Made by a program: the position numbers and the translations under genes. The notes under the pieces are model-generated. The model was not told where the DNA came from, ran no database searches, and was given only the letters and a program-made list of their open reading frames with translations. A stretch of 64,000 nucleotides of DNA from Sedimentisphaeraceae bacterium JB056 (GTDB lineage: Bacteria > Planctomycetota > Phycisphaerae > Sedimentisphaerales > Sedimentisphaeraceae): positions 1 to 64,000 of the forward strand of contig JBITAJ010000002.1 in NCBI GenBank assembly GCA_044440125.1, in the 5' to 3' direction. Shown piece by piece: positions 18,656 through 28,688 of the stretch; within the stretch, counting starts at the first letter, position 1, and every line of letters starts with the position of its first letter.

Positions 18656-20179
18656 TTAATTAACCAATATTTCAAATTCATCAACACCTAATGAAGCTTC
18701 TCTCTTACTATCTTTTTTAGAAAGAGTAACAACAACTTGATTCAATCCTTTTTTAAGCTGCTCTGAATTGACTAAAGCCTTCCATATTACTACATTATAT
18801 TTTTTGCCTTCGCTATTAACATGGTCAAAACGTTCTTTATCAAGAAGCCGTACTTTTTCATTGTTAAGAACTACTTCGAACTTATCACCAACAAATGAAT
18901 CCTGGATTTTGAATCTAAAAAGAGAAACAGAATCCCCCACTTCCTCACCAAAATAGAACTGATACTCAACCTTGTCACCTTTTTTGTTAAGCATCCAATG
19001 ATCAAAAGCAGAACCTGTTTTAAAGCTGTCATACTCTGTAGGAGTATAACTCTGCCGGCGGCAATAAAAATATCTTCTGTATTGTTCCTTTGATTTAACA
19101 GGATCAGTCCAGTCTCTAAGCAAAGGATAATATGAACCGTAAACAAAAGTATAGAAATTATAAAACATCATACCATCTGCATCTTGAGAATAAGCGTTTT
19201 GAGCCAACGACCTGATAAGAGGTCCGTTAAGCTTGGCATTATTCTCAAGCAGCGGCGTCTGACCTCTCTGAAAAAGCCATTTCCCAGCTCTCCATGGTGC
19301 GACTTCTCCAAGATACATAGGATACAATTTACAATCAGTACCCTCGACAATATCACTCCACTTCTCAATGGGCATATTCCAGTCAGAGTAATGCCATTCA
19401 GACGGGCAAACATAATCAACTAAACCTTCTTTTATCCAACGTTCTACATCAAGGCCTTCCTTTTTGCAAAATGTCATGTCCCAGGGAACAATCACACCCA
19501 AAAGCATTTTCGTATTTCTACGCTTAGCAAAACGGTCAAGCAACGCCCTTGTTTCTACGATGTACTCAGTCAGATACTCAGCATTTTCCATTTTAGGCTC
19601 AGACAAAAACGGTGAAGTCCTTGCAAAATCCAGCTGTAAGCCGTCCACGTTGAATTTTTCCAGAATCTCTCCTATAATCGCCAAACGATATTCACGCACC
19701 TCCTTGACTGCATAATCCATCTGTTTTAGAGCACCAATCGCAGCCCAGGTACGCTCTCCTGTATCTTTGCTCAAAGACCATTCTATATGCTCTCGCTGCC
19801 ATGGAGTCCAGTATGCCTGAGAGCCATGATGATCATTCATTCGAATATTACTAACAGCAGTTACACCTTTATCTTTAAGTGCATTTATAATGACATCGTA
19901 CGGCTCATTACCTTCAGCCGCAAGCTTTTTGAGGTTATCGTTTAAGTAAGTATAGCCTTTTTGCGTAGTATAATTACATGCATCAGGATTTGCAGCATCA
20001 ACAGCTACTATATCGGGACGGGCTGAATACATAACATCAGCAACCTTCCTGATCTCATTAGTATTTTTACATTTTGTAATACTTCCAAAGTCACTTGTTA
20101 TCAGCAAATCCTTCGACTGAACAAGCGAATTAAAACCAAATAATATAACCGTTGCTATACAAACATAATTAAATCGCAT
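18656..20179 (-). CDS. Secreted GHL10-like (family 10 glycosylhydrolase-like) TIM-barrel protein
   Basis: Signal peptide; motifs RMNDHH, DYA..VR and DGLQLDFAR. Confidence 0.7.
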   Translation of the reverse strand: MRFNYVCIATVILFGFNSLVQSKDLLITSDFGSITKCKNTNEIRKVADVMYSARPDIVAVDAANPDACNYTTQKGYTYLNDNLKKLAAEGNEPYDVIINALKDKGVTAVSNIRMNDHHGSQAYWTPWQREHIEWSLSKDTGERTWAAIGALKQMDYAVKEVREYRLAIIGEILEKFNVDGLQLDFARTSPFLSEPKMENAEYLTEYIVETRALLDRFAKRRNTKMLLGVIVPWDMTFCKKEGLDVERWIKEGLVDYVCPSEWHYSDWNMPIEKWSDIVEGTDCKLYPMYLGEVAPWRAGKWLFQRGQTPLLENNAKLNGPLIRSLAQNAYSQDADGMMFYNFYTFVYGSYYPLLRDWTDPVKSKEQYRRYFYCRRQSYTPTEYDSFKTGSAFDHWMLNKKGDKVEYQFYFGEEVGDSVSLFRFKIQDSFVGDKFEVVLNNEKVRLLDKERFDHVNSEGKKYNVVIWKALVNSEQLKKGLNQVVVTLSKKDSKREASLGVDEFEILVN

Positions 20180-22523
20180 TTAGCAGCTCCTTTTCTATTG
20201 TTTTTCCAACTTGGTTCTCCGAACCTATAATAACATCAACGTTGTATATATCGCAATTTGAAGGTACAGGAATTAAACCATCTTCTAAAATTTCACCGTT
20301 AAGCATAACAGATACACAATCACCCTTGCCGCAACGTTTGTAAATAAAGTTATATGTTGCTCCTCGCCAATTGCGTTCAAAAGTAACATCATTCCAGCTA
20401 TGCGGCAATGCGGGATTAACTCGCAAACCATCAAGTTCCGGCTGAATACCTAAGAAACCATTGACTATGTCCAAACAAAACCATGCAGGAGCTCCTGTCG
20501 AGATTATTCCACTTGAAAGCCCTGCCAAAGGAGAATGAGGACCGTGATAAAAATTAGGCATCCAAAGCGGAATAGCTTTCGTAACAGAAGTACAATCTTT
20601 TTCTCGCAACGGCAACACCTGCGTAATAATTTCCAATGCTTCATCAGGTCTGCCTGCTTTAATTTCAGCCATAGCAAGCATCATTGCTCCATGTACATAA
20701 ACGGAACCATTCTCTCCTGTACCAGGCTGTTTAACTGTTTCCCTGCCAATTTCCTGTCGCCACTTTAAGAATGGAGGTCCATAAAGAATTGGTCCAATAT
20801 CAGTTTTTACATAGTCATCAATTGCCTTGAGAACACATCCTTTACGTTCAGGAGTAACCACACCGCTCATAATCGCCCATGCCTGCATCATCAAACTGAC
20901 ATTTGCATCTGGATCATCAGACTTACAAAATCTGACACCGTCATCTGTTATACCTCGAATATACCATTGACCATCCCAGGCATATTGATTTACAGCTCTT
21001 GCCAGATTGTCTGCATGCTCAACAAGCTCGTCTGCTAAATCAGCTAAATCAATCTTTCTCAAAAAAGGAACTATATTCCTAATCGAATTAACCAGTGCAA
21101 CAGATGTCCATGGAGATTCACCAATGCCTTTTCTGCCGGCTTCCTCAAGAGGATCACTCCAGTCTCCATCCAGCATCAAAATCATCCCATGCTGTCCCCT
21201 GTGATTCAGCAGCCATTTTATGCCGTGAATCAAACATTCTATCACTGTTGCTTCTTTTTGAGCATCTGCATACTTAATCTTTTCAAAAAAGAAATCTATA
21301 TCTCCTGTTTCATACGCATAGTTAGAAGCAAGAGTTACCGCCCAGGTTGCAATATCAGCGTGTTTTTGGCATACAGATTCGATTCTTGCTATTACCCCTT
21401 CAACACGAACTGAGCTTCGTCTCATAAACCCGTCTTCATCAGCAAGACTGCAAATTTCACGCAAATAATCCTTGGCTAACTGAGGCTCATAAATCAACCA
21501 TCCCCACGCATCCTGCAAATTATTTCGCCAATTGTGAAAATCGCTAAACCTTGAAGATATAACCTGTCTATGCAACTGAATTTTAGTCCATACATTGAAT
21601 AACTTATCAATTACATTATTGCCTGTAGCAAGTTTATTATCATTGACAATATCATTAAAGAAAGATTTGCTTTTGGCCAAAGCCTCACCAGCAACCCCAT
21701 TATCAAAAAATTCCTGAGCAAACCACTCTGCCTCTTCAATATTATCTGCAATACCAAAACCGTAATTAATAGCAAACTCCTGATTCGGCTCTATTACAAC
21801 ATCATGCTGTAATGCCGGAGATATATCAGTAGCGTAAGCATTTACATTTGCAAGAACACCTTTCTTCCAGACAGAAGCTTTACTTCTTTCAACATCACTA
21901 TCAAAAAATGAATCAAACGCCCCACTGAAGGAATTAGGTACTTTATCCGAAACATAAAATGAGGCATATTTATATTGATGTGTTCCGAAATGATAACGAC
22001 GGGAGATAACGGCTCCCATTTCCTTATTTAAATGGGTATTCTGTATTTGATTACCGTTGTTTATACCTTCAAGAACGCCTTCATAAAATCCTATTAAAGA
22101 AAATTCTCGTTGCCTTCCTGAGTTATTACGCAATTTAAGCTGATTAACTTCAATGTACTTTTCAGGATGAACAACTATTGATAACTCACTGCTTATCCCA
22201 TCATAGTCAACCTTAAAAACTGTTCTTCCGGGATGATGTTCACATCTGTATTCTGCAGGAGAAATTGGTGAATAACCACCATTTAACGACCAGCATTCTC
22301 CATTTCCCTTATCAAACAATGAATAATTTCTCCCCTTGGAAAACAGGTTGGCATTTCTGCTTAAGTAAAACCCATCTCCATCACCTCGCTGCGTTACAAC
22401 AACTTGAAATTTACCATCTTTGCTATAAAGATAATTCTGCCATTTCCCCGGTGTATCAGGTCTGGTTATTACATAACAGCCAAGTTCTGAATCAAAACCA
22501 CCCCACTTACTTTCAAAAGCCAT
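20169..22523 (-). CDS. GH94-family glycoside phosphorylase
   Basis: Motifs PDTP..W.NYL, RNNLQD, GDWSD (catalytic), GES.W, ENG.VY.H and TGAPAW. The ATG at 22523 overlaps the symporter TAA. Confidence 0.9.
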   Translation of the reverse strand: MAFESKWGGFDSELGCYVITRPDTPGKWQNYLYSKDGKFQVVVTQRGDGDGFYLSRNANLFSKGRNYSLFDKGNGECWSLNGGYSPISPAEYRCEHHPGRTVFKVDYDGISSELSIVVHPEKYIEVNQLKLRNNSGRQREFSLIGFYEGVLEGINNGNQIQNTHLNKEMGAVISRRYHFGTHQYKYASFYVSDKVPNSFSGAFDSFFDSDVERSKASVWKKGVLANVNAYATDISPALQHDVVIEPNQEFAINYGFGIADNIEEAEWFAQEFFDNGVAGEALAKSKSFFNDIVNDNKLATGNNVIDKLFNVWTKIQLHRQVISSRFSDFHNWRNNLQDAWGWLIYEPQLAKDYLREICSLADEDGFMRRSSVRVEGVIARIESVCQKHADIATWAVTLASNYAYETGDIDFFFEKIKYADAQKEATVIECLIHGIKWLLNHRGQHGMILMLDGDWSDPLEEAGRKGIGESPWTSVALVNSIRNIVPFLRKIDLADLADELVEHADNLARAVNQYAWDGQWYIRGITDDGVRFCKSDDPDANVSLMMQAWAIMSGVVTPERKGCVLKAIDDYVKTDIGPILYGPPFLKWRQEIGRETVKQPGTGENGSVYVHGAMMLAMAEIKAGRPDEALEIITQVLPLREKDCTSVTKAIPLWMPNFYHGPHSPLAGLSSGIISTGAPAWFCLDIVNGFLGIQPELDGLRVNPALPHSWNDVTFERNWRGATYNFIYKRCGKGDCVSVMLNGEILEDGLIPVPSNCDIYNVDVIIGSENQVGKTIEKELLNAI

Positions 22524-24112
22524 TACAAACACCTTTCACTGTCACAGTCATTGTTGTCACAAGAATTATTAATACTCCAAAGTGTAAGTCCATTACATCG
22601 TTTATCTGCAGGCAGCTTAAATATAAACTTATAAAAAAATCCGCAAACAACTCCAACTAATAGAGTTACTAACAAACCTATATTACCGGTAATAATAAAA
22701 GATATTCGATCATCTTCAGGCGTAAGATAATAAAAATACAATACTCCTGCCACAAGAGACAATAAGCCTAAAACCGAACTGAAGAAAACTGTCTTTCGGC
22801 CAACACTTGTCACCATCACACCAAGAATAAAAATCGCAAGAACAATACCATTCAGGCTTTGCCATATAGCAGATACTTCAAAAACAGTAGACTCTCCTTT
22901 TTGCGATGCCCAGTTTATTACTAAGGCACCAATCATCATATAAACACCACAGCCAAGAGTAAAATAATGCGACTTTCTCATCTGATCCTTCTCAGAGTTG
23001 TCTTTCAGAAAAAACCTAACATATATATCCTGATTAATTACAGTAGAAAGGCTCTTAACACCAGAGTCTAATGTCGAAAGCACGGCTGCAAGCAGACCTG
23101 CCATAACAAGACCGGGTAAAGGTGCGAACATTTCAGTACTGACAAAATAAGCAAAAGCCTCATCACCAGACAAATTAACTGATTCAGCAATTTCTTTACC
23201 CGATTGATGATAAAAACAGAATAATGCCAGACCGAGAAACCAGAACAGAGCATGAACCGGGACGCCAATTCCCATCATTGAATATGCAGCTCTCTTAGCC
23301 TCTTTATAGTTTTTAGTTGTCAGCAGCTGTTGAATAGTTATCTGATCGGTAGCATATTGACTCAAAATAGCCCCTAACTGAGCAAGAATCAGCCACCATA
23401 TCGTAACTCTTTCGTAAGGATTAAATTGAAAAAAGCTCTTATCCATATTAAAACCTTTACCATTTTCAAAGGCAAAGTTGTAAACACCGCTGAAGCCGCC
23501 ATCAACCTTTGATGCGAGTATTACGGCAGTAATAGCCGCTCCCCCGACAAGTACAAAAAACTGCACTACATTTGTCCAAACAACTGCTTTCATACCGCCA
23601 ATAGTCGTGAGAAAAATAACAAGAATACTAACCCCGGTAATAGTCCACACAGGACTCCATCCGGCGGCACCAGAAAATATCTTTGAAGTAGCATAAAGAA
23701 CAATCGCAAGATATAATCCTCTTGTCATAAGAAAAAGAATACTCGATATTGCTCTAACCGAACTGCTGAATCTACGTTCAATATATTCATATGGTGTAAA
23801 AGAACCGAGTTTATAATAAAACCGTACAAACATCCACATACCCAAAGGTATAAGACAAAGTATTACAGGCTCAGCAAGCCATAAACGAATTCCGTTCTTA
23901 TATGCTTCACCGGGCATAGAGACAAAAGATATAGCACTGAATAACGCAACAAAAAGAGACAAACTGGCAGCTAACCATGGAATATTTCTACCTGCCAGCA
24001 AATAATCACGTGTACTGCTGCCCTTTTTGGAAAAATAGAGACCTATAAGAACAATACCAAGAACATATGCACTAAGAACTAAATAATCACTTAATTGAAG
24101 CTGAGGACTCAT
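22523..24112 (-). CDS. Sodium:solute symporter (SSS) family transporter
   Basis: Motifs DYLLAGRNIPW, YEYIERRF, GGMKAVVWT, DQ..IQ and AAVLSTLDSG; polytopic membrane protein. Confidence 0.95.
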   Translation of the reverse strand: MSPQLQLSDYLVLSAYVLGIVLIGLYFSKKGSSTRDYLLAGRNIPWLAASLSLFVALFSAISFVSMPGEAYKNGIRLWLAEPVILCLIPLGMWMFVRFYYKLGSFTPYEYIERRFSSSVRAISSILFLMTRGLYLAIVLYATSKIFSGAAGWSPVWTITGVSILVIFLTTIGGMKAVVWTNVVQFFVLVGGAAITAVILASKVDGGFSGVYNFAFENGKGFNMDKSFFQFNPYERVTIWWLILAQLGAILSQYATDQITIQQLLTTKNYKEAKRAAYSMMGIGVPVHALFWFLGLALFCFYHQSGKEIAESVNLSGDEAFAYFVSTEMFAPLPGLVMAGLLAAVLSTLDSGVKSLSTVINQDIYVRFFLKDNSEKDQMRKSHYFTLGCGVYMMIGALVINWASQKGESTVFEVSAIWQSLNGIVLAIFILGVMVTSVGRKTVFFSSVLGLLSLVAGVLYFYYLTPEDDRISFIITGNIGLLVTLLVGVVCGFFYKFIFKLPADKRCNGLTLWSINNSCDNNDCDSERCL

Positions 24113-25122
24113 ACATTTAAACCTTTATCCGAACTTAGATTTGCAGATACTTCTCTATATAGCTTAACTATACTATCCCATGCCAATTCGGGATTTTCAC
24201 ATTCTTCCGAAGATAAATTACTAAGTCCGATACCTCCCCTGAACGACCATGCCGTAACATAATCAGGGCTTCCGGAATCTACAAGAATCTTGCCGCCGGA
24301 ATATATTTTTTCTTCAAGACCAGAATCAATTCCAAAACAGCCAAGATAGAGTTCATACTTCTTATTATTCTTCTCAGCAATCTTTTTGCCATATTTGGTT
24401 ATATTAACTGCATCCTCAAAGCTTAACTTGTTTATTGGTCTCAACCAATAAGGATCTGTGCCAAAAACATCAAGCTTAGGAATTGAAGCAATCTTTTCAA
24501 ATTTATCTTTATCAACAGGCATCATACATATAGAGGTTTCTATATCTTTGCTGACTACCTTACAAACATTGACACTTCTGTAGACAAAATCCGTAACTGT
24601 GCTAAATTCAAAAACTTTATATTGTGCGCTGTCCTGCATTTTATCAAGAGGTTGATCGAACATTTCTGTAAACTTTTCACGACAGTGCTTACAGAAACAA
24701 ACCTGATTCGTAGGTTCATCAATCATTATGCTTTCAAAACCATTCTCAGCACATATTTCTACATATTCCCCAAACTTTGCAACCATTTTAGGGTTGTTAT
24801 AACACGCCATCGGATACGGATAACCACCGCCATAAGCAACACCCTCCTCATCACATCTCCACATGTCAGGATTTTCGAGCATAACTCTTGAACTCCTGCC
24901 GCCACCACTGGTGTTAGCAAACCCCCAGATACAAGCACGTGGAATTAAACCATAATCTTTAGCTATCTTCGCTCCAAATCTTATAGAACCGTCAAGCCAT
25001 TGGAAATGGTTTTCCTGAAGAGCAAAAAGTACCTGACCGCATCCAAGAGAAGCCATATATTTAATATCTTCCTCTATATGGGATGGTTGGTGCGGCGGGA
25101 TATAACTACTGCCAAGCAACAT
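24109..25122 (-). CDS. Cytoplasmic glycoside-hydrolase-like TIM barrel of unassigned family
   Basis: Motifs IDEP, CFCKHC (metal-binding-like) and GTDPYW. No signal peptide; ATGA-coupled to the symporter. Confidence 0.6.
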   Translation of the reverse strand: MLLGSSYIPPHQPSHIEEDIKYMASLGCGQVLFALQENHFQWLDGSIRFGAKIAKDYGLIPRACIWGFANTSGGGRSSRVMLENPDMWRCDEEGVAYGGGYPYPMACYNNPKMVAKFGEYVEICAENGFESIMIDEPTNQVCFCKHCREKFTEMFDQPLDKMQDSAQYKVFEFSTVTDFVYRSVNVCKVVSKDIETSICMMPVDKDKFEKIASIPKLDVFGTDPYWLRPINKLSFEDAVNITKYGKKIAEKNNKKYELYLGCFGIDSGLEEKIYSGGKILVDSGSPDYVTAWSFRGGIGLSNLSSEECENPELAWDSIVKLYREVSANLSSDKGLNV

Positions 25123-25148
25123 TTATTACCTTTCAAATCATAAAAATA

Positions 25149-25175
25149 AACAGGTGCAGTTGCTCTGCACCCGTT
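25149..25175 (-). terminator. Internal terminator/attenuating hairpin after the secreted-protein block
   Basis: Minus strand AACGGGTGCAG-loop-CTGCACCTGTT followed by TATTTTT. Confidence 0.55.
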
Positions 25176-25191
25176 CGACTAACTTTATTAA

Positions 25192-26367
25192 TTACAGCCA
25201 ATTATCAGCTATTACCGCATAATCTAATAGGTCAACCGCACAATCTTTGTTAAGATCTGCCTCAAAATAAGCACCTTCACATGGATTAATCGCAATTTTA
25301 GTTATGTTTATATAATTTTCATCACCAGGCTTGTCCGCACCGGCAAAGTCCGATTCCGCATAAGCTATTAGCAAATCACCTTCAGGTGTTTTCCTAAGAC
25401 CAGTATAACCAGAACCGACACCCTCATAGACTAAAATAGGCTCTTGCCAGTTTGTGCCTGTATAATCAGCAAGCCTCAAATAAACGTTAGGTCTGCCATA
25501 ACTCATTGCAACCCTGCCATCATCAAGCAATTCCAATCTTGGTGAAACACCAGGTACACCAAGTGATACAGGTGTCGACCATGTGTAACCAAGGTCGGTA
25601 CTTATTGCATACCACATCGGAACATCCTCTGGATCTAATGCAACCGGAGGATTTATATCACCACATCTGGCAACACAAAGAAGATTGCCATTAGACAACT
25701 GCATCATCTCAGGCTCACTTGGTGCAGTATCAGGATGCATCAAGGAAGATTCATAAGCAATCATTGTACTACGGTACTGCCATGTTACTCCATTATCACT
25801 TGAAGAAATAAGCATCACCTCACCTTTGGTATTTCCCTGACGAGTTCCATAACCTGTTGCAAGAATATCACCATCTGCAAGGTATGTCATATCTCCATGA
25901 AAATGGAAAGTATTTGGATCAAATGGGAACTCAATCGTGCTGCGAGTGTTGAAACCTGTTGTAAAATCATCCCAGGAACGCAAAATTCTGAAATTAATAA
26001 TTTTACTGTTCACTGAACTAACAGTTGTATTGAAGCCTGCTGATAAAACAGGTCCGGTCCCGACAGTACAGGAAGCCAAGCCGCTTGCGTAAGCATCCAC
26101 GTAAACATATTCAGGCGAATACCATGTAATCGCCCAATCATCACTCTTGATCGAATGATATGTTTCATCAACAGTGTGCTGACCTTCTGAGTATTTCATG
26201 ATAAGTGAACCATTTTCACTTACTGCAAAACGTGGAAAGTTCAGGTCGTTACTGCTCGTTACTACCGTCCATGTTTGAGTACTCAACTCTGCAAAACACG
26301 AGACAGATAAAGTCAAAATAACCAGAAAAGTGGCGGTATTATTCAAAAATCTAAAATATTTTAGCAT
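25192..26367 (-). CDS. Secreted sialidase-like (BNR) protein with a C-terminal half-dockerin motif
   Basis: Probable start at ATG 26367 after GGAG. Asp-boxes SSDNGVTW and STDLGYTW, motifs SYGRP and GYTG, and tail ADLNKDCAVDLLDYAVIADNWL. Confidence 0.85.
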   Translation of the reverse strand: MLKYFRFLNNTATFLVILTLSVSCFAELSTQTWTVVTSSNDLNFPRFAVSENGSLIMKYSEGQHTVDETYHSIKSDDWAITWYSPEYVYVDAYASGLASCTVGTGPVLSAGFNTTVSSVNSKIINFRILRSWDDFTTGFNTRSTIEFPFDPNTFHFHGDMTYLADGDILATGYGTRQGNTKGEVMLISSSDNGVTWQYRSTMIAYESSLMHPDTAPSEPEMMQLSNGNLLCVARCGDINPPVALDPEDVPMWYAISTDLGYTWSTPVSLGVPGVSPRLELLDDGRVAMSYGRPNVYLRLADYTGTNWQEPILVYEGVGSGYTGLRKTPEGDLLIAYAESDFAGADKPGDENYINITKIAINPCEGAYFEADLNKDCAVDLLDYAVIADNWL

Positions 26368-26412
26368 TTTTAATCTCCAAAAAGATATTAGTATAATAAA
26401 GATCACTGTGCA

Positions 26413-27549
26413 TCATTGCAGATATAACCATTGTTCAGCCAGCATTATCAAGTCATCATAATTCACATCACAGTCTCCATTAATATCAGAAGCAGCGATT
26501 AGTGGTTCACACGGTGGCATGGGCTGGAAAACCGTTGGAGCAATCGCAATAGACAAAGCCTGAGGATCATACCGTGAACCATCTACTTCAGTTACGTGAT
26601 ATCCTGATGCTGTACTTGATGCTACGTAATAACGATAACCACCATCTTCGCTTGTTGAAATCAGCTCGTTTCTCCCATCACCATCAATGTCGGCAAGTTC
26701 AATATCAATACTGTTGGCATCGATCGCACCCCTGCCATCCAATCGCCAATCTGTAACGTTCGGAGGTATCCTGCTCTCATACATCAGTACATCGCCTGCT
26801 GTTATGCCAATAGTTGCGTTATCCTGTCTTGCAACCATTAACAGATCAGGTTCTTCATCTCCATCAAAATCACCTAAGGCAATATCTTGCACATATATGC
26901 TGTTAAAAGTTTGTACTGAATGATAAGCATTATCACCTGTAGCTTCGTACCATGCAACCTGACTGTCTTTGACAACAAGCCAATCTCTGCCGCCGAATCG
27001 GTCAAAATCACCAACAACCATACCGCCGGTTACACCCCAGGCTTTGGGACCATGACTCACATATTTGGCAGCAGCATTGCTGTCATATTCGAACCAGCGG
27101 ACTGTACCGCCTTGATTTACAAAAAGATCAGTATTGCCGTCGCTATCAAAATCCCCCATCAAGATACCGCTATATGGATTAGAACTTTGAATGTTCGTAA
27201 CCCAGTTCAGGCTGTTATCTATGCCGTTAGCTTCACGCCAGGTTATCATATTATAACCATCACCATTCTTGGCATTCATGACATCTACAAACCCATCGCT
27301 ATCAAAATCACCAACTGTAACATCCACGCTGACACCAGCCGAATCTATAGACTTCCAATCAACCAGTTCTCTTGCATTTTGCAGGCTGCCTTCGCGCCAG
27401 ATGAGATTCTTATCACTATTAACAGTAAATATATCCGCCTGAGAATCACCGTCAAAATCTGCTTTAACAGACCCAACAAGGGATAACTGAAATAACAAAA
27501 CTGATACGCAGAAATACCCCGCAAACCTTTTCTTGATTAGTTGCTTCAT
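26413..27549 (-). CDS. Secreted FG-GAP propeller protein with a C-terminal half-dockerin motif
   Basis: Signal peptide, GDFDxDG repeats and tail SDINGDCDVNYDDLIMLAEQWL. Confidence 0.88.
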   Translation of the reverse strand: MKQLIKKRFAGYFCVSVLLFQLSLVGSVKADFDGDSQADIFTVNSDKNLIWREGSLQNARELVDWKSIDSAGVSVDVTVGDFDSDGFVDVMNAKNGDGYNMITWREANGIDNSLNWVTNIQSSNPYSGILMGDFDSDGNTDLFVNQGGTVRWFEYDSNAAAKYVSHGPKAWGVTGGMVVGDFDRFGGRDWLVVKDSQVAWYEATGDNAYHSVQTFNSIYVQDIALGDFDGDEEPDLLMVARQDNATIGITAGDVLMYESRIPPNVTDWRLDGRGAIDANSIDIELADIDGDGRNELISTSEDGGYRYYVASSTASGYHVTEVDGSRYDPQALSIAIAPTVFQPMPPCEPLIAASDINGDCDVNYDDLIMLAEQWLYLQ

Positions 27550-27581
27550 AATTCATTCCCTAAAAATATTATTATAATTCC

Positions 27582-27603
27582 GGGAGCTGGCCTCTTAGCT
27601 CCC
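27582..27603 (-). terminator. Hairpin after the PEP-CTERM gene
   Basis: GGGAGCT...AGCTCCC stem with a weak U-tract; possibly an mRNA stabiliser. Confidence 0.35.
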
Positions 27604-27627
27604 AACACATATCAAAGTCTTACATAC

Positions 27628-28620
27628 TTACTTTTTGCGTCTGCGAGATGCCATTAAAGAAAATCCCATACCAAACAGAGCCAAAGTTGTAGGTTCCGGA
27701 ACAGGATTATAGATAGCAAGATCTGTCGCTGAATTACCAAAGTCAAGTGCAGTCAAATCACCGATAACATTGTCAGCACCTGAACTGTACATCAGAAGAC
27801 CACCTTCAGTTCTGCCGGTAAATAACTCACCAAAACCATCGCCATCAATGTCTGCAAGTTCGACACAACTTATTCCCTCACCAAAGAGAGTAACCGTGGA
27901 GCCAAAAACATTATCGCCATTGGCTTCACGCCAGTCGACCGAACCATCTGCCCGCACAATAAACATATCAGCATTAGAATCACCATCATAATTACCAATG
28001 ACCATGTCCTTCACGCCTGAATAAGATATGTTCGACACCCAATTAGCAACGTTATCACTTCTTCCTTCTCTCCAGGTAATCTGTGTACTGCCAATAATAA
28101 ACAAGTCGCCAAATGAGTCGCCATCGAAATCACCTGTAGCTACTGCATTAACACCTGTCCAGTTTTGCCTCCATGACAAACCGTTATTGGTTCCGTTTGA
28201 TTCATACCAGCCAAGAGTATTGGTATTCGTAACGCGAAAAACATCGCTTATACCATCACCATCAAAATCTCTGATACTGAGACCATTATTCACAGCACCA
28301 CCAGATGGAACACCGGTTGCTACTGACGCAAAACCATAGTCAGGATCACCTTTTGCTTCATACCAGGTAGTATTGCCAGATCCGCCCCCACGGAAAAAGT
28401 CAACTCTTCCATCACTATCAATGTCTCCAACCGCAACACCTGCATTGCCACCATAGGCATACTGGGTCGATGCTGTTGTATTTCCATTAGAATCCATCTG
28501 ATACCAGTACCCAACGCCGGAGCTGGTCATCACCCCTATTGCCGGTGTTTGATCATCAAATAATGCAGCATTGACAACAGAAACTGCACACAAAAAAATC
28601 ACAACCATTCTCTTTTTCAT
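27628..28620 (-). CDS. FG-GAP propeller protein with a PEP-CTERM sorting signal
   Basis: Signal peptide, FG-GAP repeats and C-terminus VPEPTTLALFGMGFSLMASRRRKK. Confidence 0.92.
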   Translation of the reverse strand: MKKRMVVIFLCAVSVVNAALFDDQTPAIGVMTSSGVGYWYQMDSNGNTTASTQYAYGGNAGVAVGDIDSDGRVDFFRGGGSGNTTWYEAKGDPDYGFASVATGVPSGGAVNNGLSIRDFDGDGISDVFRVTNTNTLGWYESNGTNNGLSWRQNWTGVNAVATGDFDGDSFGDLFIIGSTQITWREGRSDNVANWVSNISYSGVKDMVIGNYDGDSNADMFIVRADGSVDWREANGDNVFGSTVTLFGEGISCVELADIDGDGFGELFTGRTEGGLLMYSSGADNVIGDLTALDFGNSATDLAIYNPVPEPTTLALFGMGFSLMASRRRKK

Positions 28621-28649
28621 TGCAAACTCCTAAAACTAATTAAAATCAA

Positions 28650-28667
28650 TGGTATACCGTGTATACC
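28650..28667. promoter_or_regulatory. Internal GntR/FadR-type operator of module A
   Basis: TGGTATACCGTGTATACC has the same GGTATACC-N2-GTATACC layout as 31575-31592. Confidence 0.6.
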
Positions 28668-28688
28668 TTATTGGGTAAAAAAAATCAA

